Shown: positions 9,955 to 19,600 of the stretch, in pieces
How the letters are laid out: every line of letters begins with the position of its first letter
How positions within the stretch are numbered: position 1 is the first letter of the stretch
DNA from: Chthoniobacterales bacterium
GTDB taxonomy: Bacteria > Verrucomicrobiota > Verrucomicrobiia > Chthoniobacterales > Chthoniobacteraceae
NCBI GenBank assembly: GCA_038207335.1
Contig: JBBQZX010000021.1
Span: forward strand, 32,001-96,000
Length of the DNA: 64,000 nucleotides
Direction: 5' to 3'
Notes under the pieces: generated by a model
Told to the model about the DNA's origin: nothing
Databases searched by the model: none
Seen by the model: only the letters and a program-made list of their open reading frames with translations
Position numbers and translations under genes: made by a program

Positions 9955-10950
9955 ATGCACGACTTGCTGACCATCAACCTTTTGCGCGTCCTCTTCGTGA
10001 CGTGCAGCGCGTGCGGTGGGTTCATGGTCGGTGACGCCACGTCTGGCTCGGCGTGGCTCGGTGGCGCTGCGGGGGCGGTATTCGGGCTCGCCGTGGTGCT
10101 TGCAGACCGGCTGATGCAGGGGGTGTCGCTGCGTCTGTTTTCCTCAGCGACTTTCGGTCTGTTGATCGGCTTCGTTTTCGCCCGGCTCCTCATCGCCGCG
10201 AACGTCCTGCGATACACCTCGGGCGGCACGCAGTGGATTGTGAGTTTGCTCGTCTATGCCACGTTTTCCTATCTCGGCATGATGCTGGCCGTGCGGAGTA
10301 ATCGCGACGAATTTGCGCTCATCATTCCGTATGTCCGCTTTCGCCGCGCGAAGGTGCAGGAGGAGCCGCTAATCGTGGATTCCAATGTGATCATCGACGG
10401 GCGGCTGCCGGAGCTGTGCGCGACCGGATTCATCAGCACGTCGCTCATCGTGCCTCGGTTTGTGCTCGAGGAGTTGCAGCATGTCGCCGATTCCGCCGAC
10501 CCGCTGAAGCGCGAGCGCGGACGCCGCGCGCTCGAACATTTGCAGCAGTTGCAGCGCAACTCGGCGCTCGCGGTCACGATCCACGAAACTGGTGCGGACC
10601 CCGACACGGCGGTCGATACGCGGCTCGCGCTGCTCGCGAAACTGCTCGATGCGCGGCTACTCACGAACGACGGAAATCTGTGCTCGATCGCCCGGCTGCA
10701 GGGCGTCGTCGCGCTGAACCTTAACGACGTTACGAAGGCGCTGCGGCCCATTCTGGCACCGGGGCAGGAGCTGGAGATCGCGCTCGTAAAAGACGGGCGC
10801 GAGCCACACCAGGCGGTCGGCTACATGCCGGATGGGACGATGATCGTGGTGAATCACGCGCGCGCCCGCCTCGGCGGCACGGCGACGGTCATCATCTCTG
10901 GAGCGCATCAGACCAGCGCCGGGCGGCTCTTTTTCGCGGAGCTAAAATGA
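9955..10950 (+). CDS. Membrane PIN/TRAM-domain protein (YacL-like)
   Basis: 4 N-terminal TMs; IVDSNVIIDGR, FVLEELQ, RGRRAL, LLTND, GYMPDGTMIVV, QTSAGRLFFA. Confidence 0.88.
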   Translation: MHDLLTINLLRVLFVTCSACGGFMVGDATSGSAWLGGAAGAVFGLAVVLADRLMQGVSLRLFSSATFGLLIGFVFARLLIAANVLRYTSGGTQWIVSLLVYATFSYLGMMLAVRSNRDEFALIIPYVRFRRAKVQEEPLIVDSNVIIDGRLPELCATGFISTSLIVPRFVLEELQHVADSADPLKRERGRRALEHLQQLQRNSALAVTIHETGADPDTAVDTRLALLAKLLDARLLTNDGNLCSIARLQGVVALNLNDVTKALRPILAPGQELEIALVKDGREPHQAVGYMPDGTMIVVNHARARLGGTATVIISGAHQTSAGRLFFAELK

Positions 10951-10970
10951 CGCGCCTCTGTATGCTCAAT

Positions 10971-10993
10971 GAGCGGCTTCGGAGAAGCGGCTC
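10971..10993. terminator. Hairpin between convergent genes
   Basis: gagcggcttc-gga-gaagcggctc imperfect inverted repeat. Confidence 0.35.
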
Positions 10994-11039
10994 ACCGGAG
11001 CTTGAATTGACTTTGTCAGCGAATCGCCGGCTGGATTTT

Positions 11040-11273
11040 TTAGAGTTTCCCCTCGAACTCCACCAGACGCTGTAGCGCCTCTAGGAAATCGCGAAATGCC
11101 TCCGCCGGAAGCATGATCGTGTCGCGGCGACCACCGACATCTTCGGTGATCTTCAAAAAACGACCTCTCTGATTCTCTTTGAGATCGAGAAAGAAAATCT
11201 TCCGCTCAATAGAGACTTTCTCCGACGCGATCGGATCGGAGCCCATTCGCTCCCCTGGATTTTGGTTCATCAT
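11040..11273 (-). CDS. PUR-family (PurA/DUF3276-like) ssDNA/RNA-binding protein
   Basis: SEKVSIERKIFFLDLKENQRGRFLKITE..GRRDTIMLP...DF..AL, a single PUR repeat. Confidence 0.82.
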   Translation of the reverse strand: MMNQNPGERMGSDPIASEKVSIERKIFFLDLKENQRGRFLKITEDVGGRRDTIMLPAEAFRDFLEALQRLVEFEGKL

Positions 11274-11413
11274 ATACAAGATAATACTGACTCTCGGCGA
11301 TTTGAGCCGACTAGGCCCGTGCGCTTGAGGGCATTTAAACTAGGCAGAAAAAGGGGACGTGCAATACCGAACGCGCAGATATTTTCATTTTTTCAGAACT
11401 GTAATAAACGTTC

Positions 11414-12385
11414 CTACTTCAACCCGACCGCCGCAGACACCCGCGCCATGGTCTTTTCCGCAATTGCGCCCGCCCGCTCCGCTCCCTGCGCGAGCACGCG
11501 ATCCACATACGTCGCGTCGCTGGCGAGCTGCGCCCGGCGCTCCCGCATCGGCCCGAAAAACTCCCAGATCGCACTGAAGAGCCGCTTCTTGAAATCGCCG
11601 TATCCGACCCCGCCCGCGCGGTAGTCCGCCTCCATCCGCGCGACATCCGGTGCCGTTGCAAATAGCCGATAGAGTGCCACGATCACCGAGCCCGCCGGGT
11701 CCTTCGACGCCTCCACCGGCGTCGAGTCGGTTACGATGCCCATGATCTTTTTCCTGAGCGCTTTTTCCTCCGGGAAAAGCTCGATCGTGTTGTCGTAGCT
11801 CTTGCTCATCTTCCGGCCGTCGAGCCCCGGGATCGTCTCCATCGCAGGCAGAATGCTGGCCTCAGGGATCGTCAAAATTGGGCCGTAGAGCGCGTTCATC
11901 TTTTTTGCGATGTCGCGCGTCACCTCCACGTGCTGCTGCTGGTCGCGTCCGACTGGCACTACGTTGCTGTCGTAGAGCAAAATATCCGCCGCCATGAGCA
12001 CCGGATACGCGAAGAGCCCGTGCGACGGCACCTTTTCCTTCGCGATGTGATCTTTATACGCGTGGCAGTTTTCCAGCATCGGCATCGGCGTCACGCAGCT
12101 TAGCAGCCACGTGAGCTCGGTCACCCGCGGCACGTCGCTCTGGTGGAAAAGCACGGCTTTCTCCGGATCCAGGCCGCACGCGAGAAAGTCCAGCGCCACG
12201 CCGCGCGAAAACTCCCGCAGTGCCGCAGGATCGCGCACCGTCGTCAGCGCGTGATAATCCGCGATGAAATAAAACGCCTCGCCGCGCTCCTGCCATTCGA
12301 TGGCCGGGCGCATCATGCCAAAGTAATTTCCGATGTGCGGCTTCCCGGTCGGTTTGATGCCGGAAAGGATGCGTGGCGTGGGCAT
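11414..12385 (-). CDS. trpS: Tryptophan--tRNA ligase
   Basis: SGIKPTGKPHIGNY, YPVLMAADIL, VPVGRDQ, KMSKS. Confidence 0.97.
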   Translation of the reverse strand: MPTPRILSGIKPTGKPHIGNYFGMMRPAIEWQERGEAFYFIADYHALTTVRDPAALREFSRGVALDFLACGLDPEKAVLFHQSDVPRVTELTWLLSCVTPMPMLENCHAYKDHIAKEKVPSHGLFAYPVLMAADILLYDSNVVPVGRDQQQHVEVTRDIAKKMNALYGPILTIPEASILPAMETIPGLDGRKMSKSYDNTIELFPEEKALRKKIMGIVTDSTPVEASKDPAGSVIVALYRLFATAPDVARMEADYRAGGVGYGDFKKRLFSAIWEFFGPMRERRAQLASDATYVDRVLAQGAERAGAIAEKTMARVSAAVGLK

Positions 12386-12478
12386 GTTTTTGTGAAAAGG
12401 GCGGGCAACTTCCGCGACCGCGCGCTGCGGTGTCAAGGTGCGCGGTGCGGCCTGGCATCTCGCACCGCACGGCTGAGT

Positions 12479-13527
12479 TTATTTTGCCGGCCGGCGCCAG
12501 ACCCAATCGAGCTGCCTTGTAGTCGAGTGAATCTTCGGGTCGTTGGCGGCGTGGCCGTCCTCGCGATTCATCGCTACAGACCACAGATCGAAGCCGCCCT
12601 CCGGCGTGCGCCGGTAGCGCATAGGTGCGTCGTCCATAAGGTCAGCCGGGATCGCGGCGATGAAGTCCGGCACGAGTTCGTCGAGCTTTTCGGGAAACGC
12701 ACCGCGAGCCCGGCGAAACAGCTCCAGCGCACAGGCAAGCTGCGCCTGCTTTGTGTGCGCTTCGGATTTGTAAAACCTTCCATCGCTGGCATCGAAGCCG
12801 CCCATGAGCATGGCGGCGAAAATTTGGTAGATCGACTCGAACATGTTCCCTCGTCCCAATTTGTGCCCCAGATTCTTGAGGAGAAGGATGACGCTTTGGT
12901 ACGTCTGCAGCCGGATCGATCCTCGCGAGTTCATCGTCGTAGAGTTGGTTCATCAAAACTTGGTTCTGAAACAGCCAGCCACGCGGAGAGGGGCGCAGCA
13001 AAATCTTTCTCCCACTTCACAGGAAAGTTTGCGTGTGGCCGGGTCGTCCCATCTCGGAGCTGTTGCAGGAGAGGTTCATAATGTCCGACTGCGCCCAGCA
13101 CGTCGGTCGCAGCAACCGGTCCCGGAGCGTCGAGCAGCTTGTTCTTCACGAAAAAATCGCGCCAAGCCGCAAGATCGATCCGTTCCGCTTTCGACGGTTC
13201 GCCCATCGTCGGCTGCGTGGCTTTGCTTTCGGGAAATTCGAGCCGCTTGGGTGGCGGCTCGTTTGCTTCGCTCGCGCGGAAGATTTCCTCGAAGATCGGA
13301 ATCGCTGCGAAATTCTCCGCGTCCGGGACGGGCGGAGGGAGGAAATCTTTGAGGTCGAGTTTCACGCCTCGGCGCTCGGCGTCGGTGCGGTAGGCGGCCC
13401 ATGCGCGCTGGCCGCGCCAGTTTTTCTCGGCGTAAAATGCGACGATCAGCGCGATGAAGAGGATGAGCGCGAGCGCAAGGCGCAGAGCCGCTTTGCGAGT
13501 GAAAATGCGGCGAGAAAAGCGGTTCAT
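12479..13527 (-). pseudogene. Disrupted paralog of 30845..32233 (membrane-anchored protein with GspG-like C-terminus)
   Basis: Homology is spread over three frames (12931..13527, 12642..13001, 12479..12934); the central part present in the paralog is missing at about 12990. Confidence 0.72.
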
Positions 13528-13749
13528 TGGGATACCGTGGGGAGATGAAATTTACCGCGAGGGATCGAGGGAACGAATGTGAGAATGTGCGAAGGAGAGT
13601 AACTGCCTTGGCGTCCGCGCTCGGTCGATGCGGACTTTGCGGCTCGCGGAATCCGCGTCCTGGGAGCGCGGAAGTCCTGACCACTGGCTCGCTCGTCGAT
13701 TTGATATAATCTACAGCTCTCGCGATTCCGTAAAATCACCGCTACACCG

Positions 13750-15222
13750 ATGATCCTGAGCACACACGAAATGCGAGAGCTGGAGGAGCGAGCTTTTGCC
13801 GATGGCGTGAGCGCGGAGTTACTGATGGATCAAGCGGGAGTGCGTATCGCGGAGGCGGTGCGGCAGTTTTTCCCAGAGCCGGGGCGGTGCGTCGCGCACT
13901 TTGGCAAAGGCCACAACGGCGGCGATGCGCTCGTTGCCGCGGGGCATCTAGCTGCGGCGGGCTGGCGAGTCGAATTAGCACCGGCGTTTCCCATCGGCGA
14001 CTGGAGCGCGCTGACTCGGAAGAGATTCGCGACGCTCGAAGATCGCGGCTCGGCGGCTGGCGGAGGCGCTCTCGTGGTGCTCGATGGGCTGCTCGGAATC
14101 GGAGCGAGTGGCGCGCTGCGAGAGCCGATCGCGGGTGCGGCGCGAGAGATCGCGCGGCTGCGGGCGGAAGAGGGCGCGCACGTTTTTGCGATCGATCTGC
14201 CGAGCGGCCTCGACGGCGATTCCGGCGATGCTGCGGACGGCGTGGTGCAGGCGGATTTCACGCTCGCGATCGGCTTTGCGAAACGCGGGCTCGTCGCCGA
14301 TGGCGCGGCGCATTTCACCGGCCGCATCGCCGTACTGCCGCTGCGAGAACTCACCGCGCGCGCCAACTTTTCCGAGGAAACCGCAACCGTCGCGACGCCT
14401 CACACGCTCGCCTCGCTGCTACCGCGGCGCAGCTTCGACATGCACAAGGGCGACTGCGGACGCGTGGCTATCGTTGCGGGTTCGCGTGGCCTCGTCGGCG
14501 CGGCGTCGATGTGCGCGGAAGCCTGTGTCCATGCGGGCGCGGGGCTCGTCACACTCCTCGTGACGGAAGACATTTACCCCATCGCCGCGGCGCTCGCTTC
14601 GCCCGAAGTCATGGTGAAGCCCGTGGCCTCTTATCTGGAATTGCTCGACCTGAAATGCGACGTCGTCGCGTTCGGTCCCGGCCTCGGGCACGCGCGGAGC
14701 GACGAACTTCTCGAGCTCATCCGGCGTGTCGAAGCGCCCATGGTCATCGACGCGGACGGCCTCAACGCTCTCGCCGCAAGCATCCAGACTCTCGATGCCT
14801 GCGCCGGCCCGCGACTGCTCACGCCGCACCCCGGCGAGATGGCGCGGCTTGCTCCTGCTTCGCGCAAAATGCTGCGCTGCAAGACGGTCGAGACATTCAC
14901 TCAGAAGTACGCGCACACCCTGCTGCTGAAAGGCGCGCGCACGCTCATCGGCGAGCGCGGACGCCCGCTCAGCTACAACTCCACCGGCTCGCCCGGCATG
15001 GCCACCGGCGGCATGGGCGACCTCCTCACCGGCGTCTGCGCCGCCCTCGCCGCGCAGCATCTCGCGCTCTTCGATGCCGCGCGCCTCGGAGCATGGCTCT
15101 GCGGGCGCGCCGCCGAACTCGCCATTTTCTCCGACTCCGAGTCTGAGGAATCGCTCAGCGCCACAAACCTCCTTCCGCACCTCGGCGCGGCATTTCGCGA
15201 ACTGCGCGCGCGCTCATACTGA
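13750..15222 (+). CDS. nnr: Bifunctional NAD(P)H-hydrate epimerase/dehydratase (YjeF)
   Basis: GKGHNGGDAL, IDLPSG, HKGDCG, GPGLG, IDADGL, LTPHPGE, MATGGMGD. Confidence 0.95.
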   Translation: MILSTHEMRELEERAFADGVSAELLMDQAGVRIAEAVRQFFPEPGRCVAHFGKGHNGGDALVAAGHLAAAGWRVELAPAFPIGDWSALTRKRFATLEDRGSAAGGGALVVLDGLLGIGASGALREPIAGAAREIARLRAEEGAHVFAIDLPSGLDGDSGDAADGVVQADFTLAIGFAKRGLVADGAAHFTGRIAVLPLRELTARANFSEETATVATPHTLASLLPRRSFDMHKGDCGRVAIVAGSRGLVGAASMCAEACVHAGAGLVTLLVTEDIYPIAAALASPEVMVKPVASYLELLDLKCDVVAFGPGLGHARSDELLELIRRVEAPMVIDADGLNALAASIQTLDACAGPRLLTPHPGEMARLAPASRKMLRCKTVETFTQKYAHTLLLKGARTLIGERGRPLSYNSTGSPGMATGGMGDLLTGVCAALAAQHLALFDAARLGAWLCGRAAELAIFSDSESEESLSATNLLPHLGAAFRELRARSY

Positions 15223-15340
15223 TCTCCTTAATCTCCTGCCCCTCGCGCGAAGCAACCGCGCGCCCGGCGATCCGCGAATCTGCATTGCCCTGACGAGCCC
15301 GCTTTGAGCGATGTGCAGGGAAATTCAAACAAACCAAAAT

Positions 15341-15796
15341 ATGAAATCACAACTCCACAAAATCACCGGCGCGATCCTCGCAGCCACCGCCCTCGCTTGC
15401 GTTTCCTCGTTTGCGCAGTCGGCGGTCACAACCACCAGCACCACCACCACGGCAGGCACCATTAGCGACTTCAGCCCGGACACCATCGTCGTCCGCACCG
15501 AGTCCAGCCCGGAGCCCATCCGCTACAGCTACTCGAAGACCACGACGTACGTCGATGACTCCGGAACTCCCGTGTCGCTCGAACTCGTGAAAAGCGGTCT
15601 GCCCGTCACGGTCAGCTACATCAAGGAAGGCGACCACATGGTGGCCAACCGCGTCATCGTCCACAAGAAGACGACCACGACCACGACGGATGGCGGCACC
15701 GCAGTAGTCGAGAAAAAGCGCACTACCATTACCGACGACGCGCCTGCAGTCATCGAGAAAAAGTCCACCACGACGACCACCTCGGAGACCAAGTAA
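15341..15796 (+). CDS. Secreted Thr-rich small protein
   Basis: Signal peptide (SFA-Q), small beta domain, KKTTTT tails. Confidence 0.8.
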   Translation: MKSQLHKITGAILAATALACVSSFAQSAVTTTSTTTTAGTISDFSPDTIVVRTESSPEPIRYSYSKTTTYVDDSGTPVSLELVKSGLPVTVSYIKEGDHMVANRVIVHKKTTTTTTDGGTAVVEKKRTTITDDAPAVIEKKSTTTTTSETK

Positions 15797-15824
15797 ATCT
15801 AGGCCCGTTTCAACCCCCAACCCT

Positions 15825-15859
15825 AAAAACCCGCGAAGTTTTTACTTCGCGGGTTTTTT
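15825..15859 (+). terminator. Intrinsic terminator
   Basis: aaaaacccgcgaagt-tttt-acttcgcgggtttttt: perfect stem plus U-tract. Confidence 0.88.
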
Positions 15860-15957
15860 GTGAAACGAAACAACAAATGCAAAAAAATTCCCGCCAGCAG
15901 AAACGCTCACCGCGCCCTCCGCGCGCGAACCAAACACAGCAACCCACACAAGCCGAC

Positions 15958-16212
15958 ATGGACACACAGAACTACCCGCAAAACTTCGATGAATTCCGTC
16001 ACCGCACGGAGGACTACGTGCGCGATGAACCGACCAAAGCCGTTGGCCTCGCCGTGCTCGCCGGAATCGTCCTCACCATCTTCCCGGTTTTCAGCATCAT
16101 CACCGGCATCCTTCGCCTCATCCTCACGCTCGCCCGTCCAGCGCTTCTCATCCTCGGCGGCATGAAGCTCTACGAGGAGATCGACAAACGCTGCTGCAAA
16201 AACGGCGAATAA
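15958..16212 (+). CDS. ElaB/YqjD(DUF883)-like small membrane protein
   Basis: EDYVRDEPTKAVGLAVLAG motif followed by a TM. Confidence 0.62.
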   Translation: MDTQNYPQNFDEFRHRTEDYVRDEPTKAVGLAVLAGIVLTIFPVFSIITGILRLILTLARPALLILGGMKLYEEIDKRCCKNGE

Positions 16213-16230
16213 TCCACTCCCCTCCCAGCC

Positions 16231-16575
16231 ATGAAAACTCACAACTACCCGGTGCATTCCGACCCGCCCGCGCGCGGCTTCGCGGAGCAGGCTGATCTCG
16301 CACTTCGCGAAAACCCCATTCCGGCCATCATCACCGCCGTCGCCCTCGGCTTCGGAATCGGGCTGCTCGTCCGGTTTCTCCAACCCGAGCCTCACCATCT
16401 CCGCGACTACGTGGATGAAAGTCGCGGCTATTTCCGTTCTGCGATCAAGCCGTGGAAAAAGAAAGTCCACCGCGCTTATGACACCTCGTCGAAAGCCATC
16501 CACAATGCCGCCGACGACCTCCGCGACATCGATCTCGACCCCGTCGCGAAATGGTGGAAGCGCCTCTGGGCGTGA
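16231..16575 (+). CDS. ElaB/YqjD-like small membrane protein
   Basis: LRENPIPAIITAVALGFGIGLL motif. Confidence 0.62.
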   Translation: MKTHNYPVHSDPPARGFAEQADLALRENPIPAIITAVALGFGIGLLVRFLQPEPHHLRDYVDESRGYFRSAIKPWKKKVHRAYDTSSKAIHNAADDLRDIDLDPVAKWWKRLWA

Positions 16576-16611
16576 GCGAGAGTCAGGTCAGTCTCGGATT
16601 CTAGCCGCGCG

Positions 16612-17196
16612 TCAAGGACGCACCCCGGCAGGCCTCGGCGGGAGACTTGAGCGGTTCTTCTTCGCTTCCTCTGCTTCCTTGATCTGGGCCAAAAGCGCGT
16701 CCTTCTCGCGAAAGTCGTAACCTTTCCAATCCGTCGCGCCGCGCTGCGGATACGTCTCCGTGGAGAGCTTGTGCGAATCCCCGAAGACCAGAATCGCCAT
16801 TCGCCACTTCCCTTCCTTGCTCGCCGTGTCGATCGGCACAAACACATCGATATTCGCGTGCGCTTTTAACAACGGCGGCAATCCATACGACCCGTCGGCA
16901 TGGTTTGCATTCGGGATGGTCGAGCAGTGCGAGAGTTCCTTCTTGTCGTTGTCGAAAAAGTAAGCGCGGCCGACGATCTCACTCCCCTTTACGTCACGGC
17001 TGGTTCGCAGGCTCACCTTGAGGCACGGCCATTTAATCCGAAAGACGCCGTCCGCCGCGATCCAGTTATCGAAAGTGAACTCCCGCACGCTGACGATCGT
17101 GACGACGGGCACGCTCGATGCCGGTGCTGGCGGCTCCGCGGAAAGTGGAAGCGCCGCGACCAAGCCCAAGACAAAGGAGACAGTAAGAGCATTCAT
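16612..17196 (-). CDS. Secreted hypothetical protein
   Basis: Signal peptide MNALTVSFVLGLVAALPLSA; lower GC than neighbours. Confidence 0.7.
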   Translation of the reverse strand: MNALTVSFVLGLVAALPLSAEPPAPASSVPVVTIVSVREFTFDNWIAADGVFRIKWPCLKVSLRTSRDVKGSEIVGRAYFFDNDKKELSHCSTIPNANHADGSYGLPPLLKAHANIDVFVPIDTASKEGKWRMAILVFGDSHKLSTETYPQRGATDWKGYDFREKDALLAQIKEAEEAKKNRSSLPPRPAGVRP

Positions 17197-17338
17197 GCGT
17201 GGGAGAATCTGGAGTGTGATCACATTTCGGATTGGTTCAAAAATTGCACCTGACTCCTGTCGGCAAATGGAGTCAAGGCATCCGCATCCTCCCGTATTTG
17301 CGCTCGACCGCCGCGGTTCCTTTCGCAAACGTCGCCTC

Positions 17339-18559
17339 GTGCGTTTCCCCTCGCTCGTCCTCCTCACGCTGCTTTGCGTCGTTGTGCTCGGTCGCGCGGA
17401 GGACTGGCCGCAATTTCGCGGCCCCACCGGTCTCGGCTACACGACGGAAAAGGCGCTCCCTACGACTTGGAACGCAGCCACCGGCGAGCACATCGCGTGG
17501 CGCGCGGCGTTGCCGAAAAGCGACGGCGCTTACTCGTCGCCCATTATCGTCGGCGACCGCGTCATCGTCACCTGCGCCTCGAATCAGCCCGTGACGCATC
17601 GCGTCCTTTGCTTTGCGAAAGCGGACGGCCGCGCGCTGTGGGACACGGCCATCGAGCCCGGGCCGTGGATTCTCACTGACCACCGCGGCGGCTACGGTGC
17701 GCCGACTCCGTGCAGCGACGGCAAGCAAATCTACGCCGTCTTTGGCTCCGCCGTCATCGCCGCGCTCAACCTCGATGGCCATCTCGTCTGGCGCCAACCC
17801 ATCGAGCCGCACGCCTTCGACGTCGCCCTCGGTAGCAGTCCGATTCTTTTCAGAGACACCGTCATCCTCGACTGCGACCAGACCGGCAAAACCTCCCACT
17901 TTCTCGCGCTCCAGACCCGCGACGGCGCCGTCCGCTGGAAAGCCGAACGCCCAGCGCAGAGCTTCGCCCACAGCACCCCCGTCATCGTCCAAATCGCCGG
18001 CAAACCCCAGATGCTCGTCAGCGCCTCCAACGCCCTCCAAGGCCTCGACCCCGCCGACGGCCACATCCTCTGGAGCTGCGCCGCGCAGGGCGACGCCGCC
18101 TCTCCGGCCTTCGCAGAAGGCCTCGTCTTCAGCGACAGCGGGCGCGGTGGCAAAGCCGTCTGTGTCGATCCCACCGGTAACGGCGACATCACCGCCACGC
18201 ACCTCCGCTGGACCATCCCGCAAATCCCCGAGGGCCTCTCCTCCGCCATCATCGTCGGCGGTCGCGTGTGGCGCACGCACAGTCCCTCCATCCTGAAGTG
18301 CTTCGACCTCGCCACCGGCAAAATCGTCTTCGCCGAGCGCATCTCCGGCCTCTCCCCGTGGCCCAGCCCCATCGCCACCGCCAATGGTCTCCTCTACTTT
18401 GCCTGCGCCGGGAAGACCGTCGTGGTGAAAGTGGCTGCCCCTCTTGAAATCGTCGCCACCAACGACCTCGGCGAAGAAGACCGCGCCAGCGCCGCGGTCA
18501 GCGACGGCCACCTCTTCATCCGTGGTGACAAAACCCTCTTCTGCATCGGCCCCAAATAA
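17339..18559 (+). CDS. PQQ-like beta-propeller repeat protein
   Basis: Signal peptide + DWPQFRGP, SSPI, PTP, ASPA repeats, C-terminal LFIRG..LFCIG; GTG start inferred. Confidence 0.88.
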   Translation: MRFPSLVLLTLLCVVVLGRAEDWPQFRGPTGLGYTTEKALPTTWNAATGEHIAWRAALPKSDGAYSSPIIVGDRVIVTCASNQPVTHRVLCFAKADGRALWDTAIEPGPWILTDHRGGYGAPTPCSDGKQIYAVFGSAVIAALNLDGHLVWRQPIEPHAFDVALGSSPILFRDTVILDCDQTGKTSHFLALQTRDGAVRWKAERPAQSFAHSTPVIVQIAGKPQMLVSASNALQGLDPADGHILWSCAAQGDAASPAFAEGLVFSDSGRGGKAVCVDPTGNGDITATHLRWTIPQIPEGLSSAIIVGGRVWRTHSPSILKCFDLATGKIVFAERISGLSPWPSPIATANGLLYFACAGKTVVVKVAAPLEIVATNDLGEEDRASAAVSDGHLFIRGDKTLFCIGPK

Positions 18560-19519
18560 ATGAAACTCCTCCCTCTCGCAGCACTCCTCCTCCTCGCCGT
18601 CGCCGCTTCCGCCGCCGACTGGGAAAACATCTCCGACGCCACCACCGCCCAAGTCAAACCCGGCTACGGTGGCCCCACCTCCGGAGTCGTCGCCGACCGC
18701 ACCAATGGCGACCTCTTCATGGTCATCAGCGACCAGGGCCTCTGGCGCAGCACCGACCACGGCGCCACTTTCACCCGCTGCGACGGCGGCGCGATTGGTG
18801 GCCGATGCGAGACCGGTTGGGCGCTCCAAGCCGACACCGCCGGCAGCCGCCTCGCCTGCTTCATGATCTACGGCAGCAGCGGCATGAGCACCGACCGCGG
18901 CGCGACTTGGACGAAATTCAAAACCACCCACCTCGACTTCGGCGCCGTCGATTGGGCCGACACCGCGCATCGCCTCCTCGCCATCCGACACGAGAGCGGC
19001 GGCATGCTCACCACCAGCCCTGACGCCGGCACCACTTGGACCGACCTCGGCAAAGACTACACCGGTTGCGGCGTCCTCGATTCCCACACCTTCCTCGCCA
19101 CCAAAACCGCCGAACCCGGCATCTTCCGCAGCACCGATGCCGGGGTCACGTGGACCCGTGTCTTCGAGCAAACCCCAGCTGCCCCCGTCCCCGTCCTCTT
19201 TGATAAAGTCGCCTACTGGCTTGCCGGCAAAACCCTCCTCGTCAGCCGCGACCTCGGTGCCACTTGGTCTGCGCTCCCAGGCGTGGTCGAGGCCAGTTAC
19301 GGTCCCTACTTCGCCGACGCCCAACACTTCACCGTCGTTGGACCCAAAGGCTTCCTCGAAACCAGCGACGCCGGCACCACTTGGACCCCCGCTGCTCCAC
19401 TGCCGTCCGGCTTCAAAATCCAGCGCGTCGGCCCGAACTTCGCCTGGGATCCCCGCGCCGACCTCTTCTACGCCTCCGCCATGACCCGACCCACCTTCCG
19501 GCTCACTCGAGGAAAGTAG
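18560..19519 (+). CDS. Secreted BNR/Asp-box beta-propeller protein
   Basis: Six Asp-boxes (RSTDHGATF, STDRGATW, SPDAGTTW, RSTDAGVTW, SRDLGATW, TSDAGTTW). Confidence 0.85.
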   Translation: MKLLPLAALLLLAVAASAADWENISDATTAQVKPGYGGPTSGVVADRTNGDLFMVISDQGLWRSTDHGATFTRCDGGAIGGRCETGWALQADTAGSRLACFMIYGSSGMSTDRGATWTKFKTTHLDFGAVDWADTAHRLLAIRHESGGMLTTSPDAGTTWTDLGKDYTGCGVLDSHTFLATKTAEPGIFRSTDAGVTWTRVFEQTPAAPVPVLFDKVAYWLAGKTLLVSRDLGATWSALPGVVEASYGPYFADAQHFTVVGPKGFLETSDAGTTWTPAAPLPSGFKIQRVGPNFAWDPRADLFYASAMTRPTFRLTRGK

Positions 19520-19600
19520 CACCTCTCGGAAAAATCCATTTGCGCCGTGCGTCAGATTCGCATTGCAGCGTTGGGCTTCGTCCCCGTTCCCCTCCTATCT

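Noticed and set aside
17273..19522. 749-aa minus-strand ORF and similar long antisense ORFs (e.g. 26413-27876, 33465-35012, 36384-38012, 54150-55631)
   Set aside because: Shadow ORFs of GC-rich, codon-biased genes on the opposite strand; no recognisable motifs
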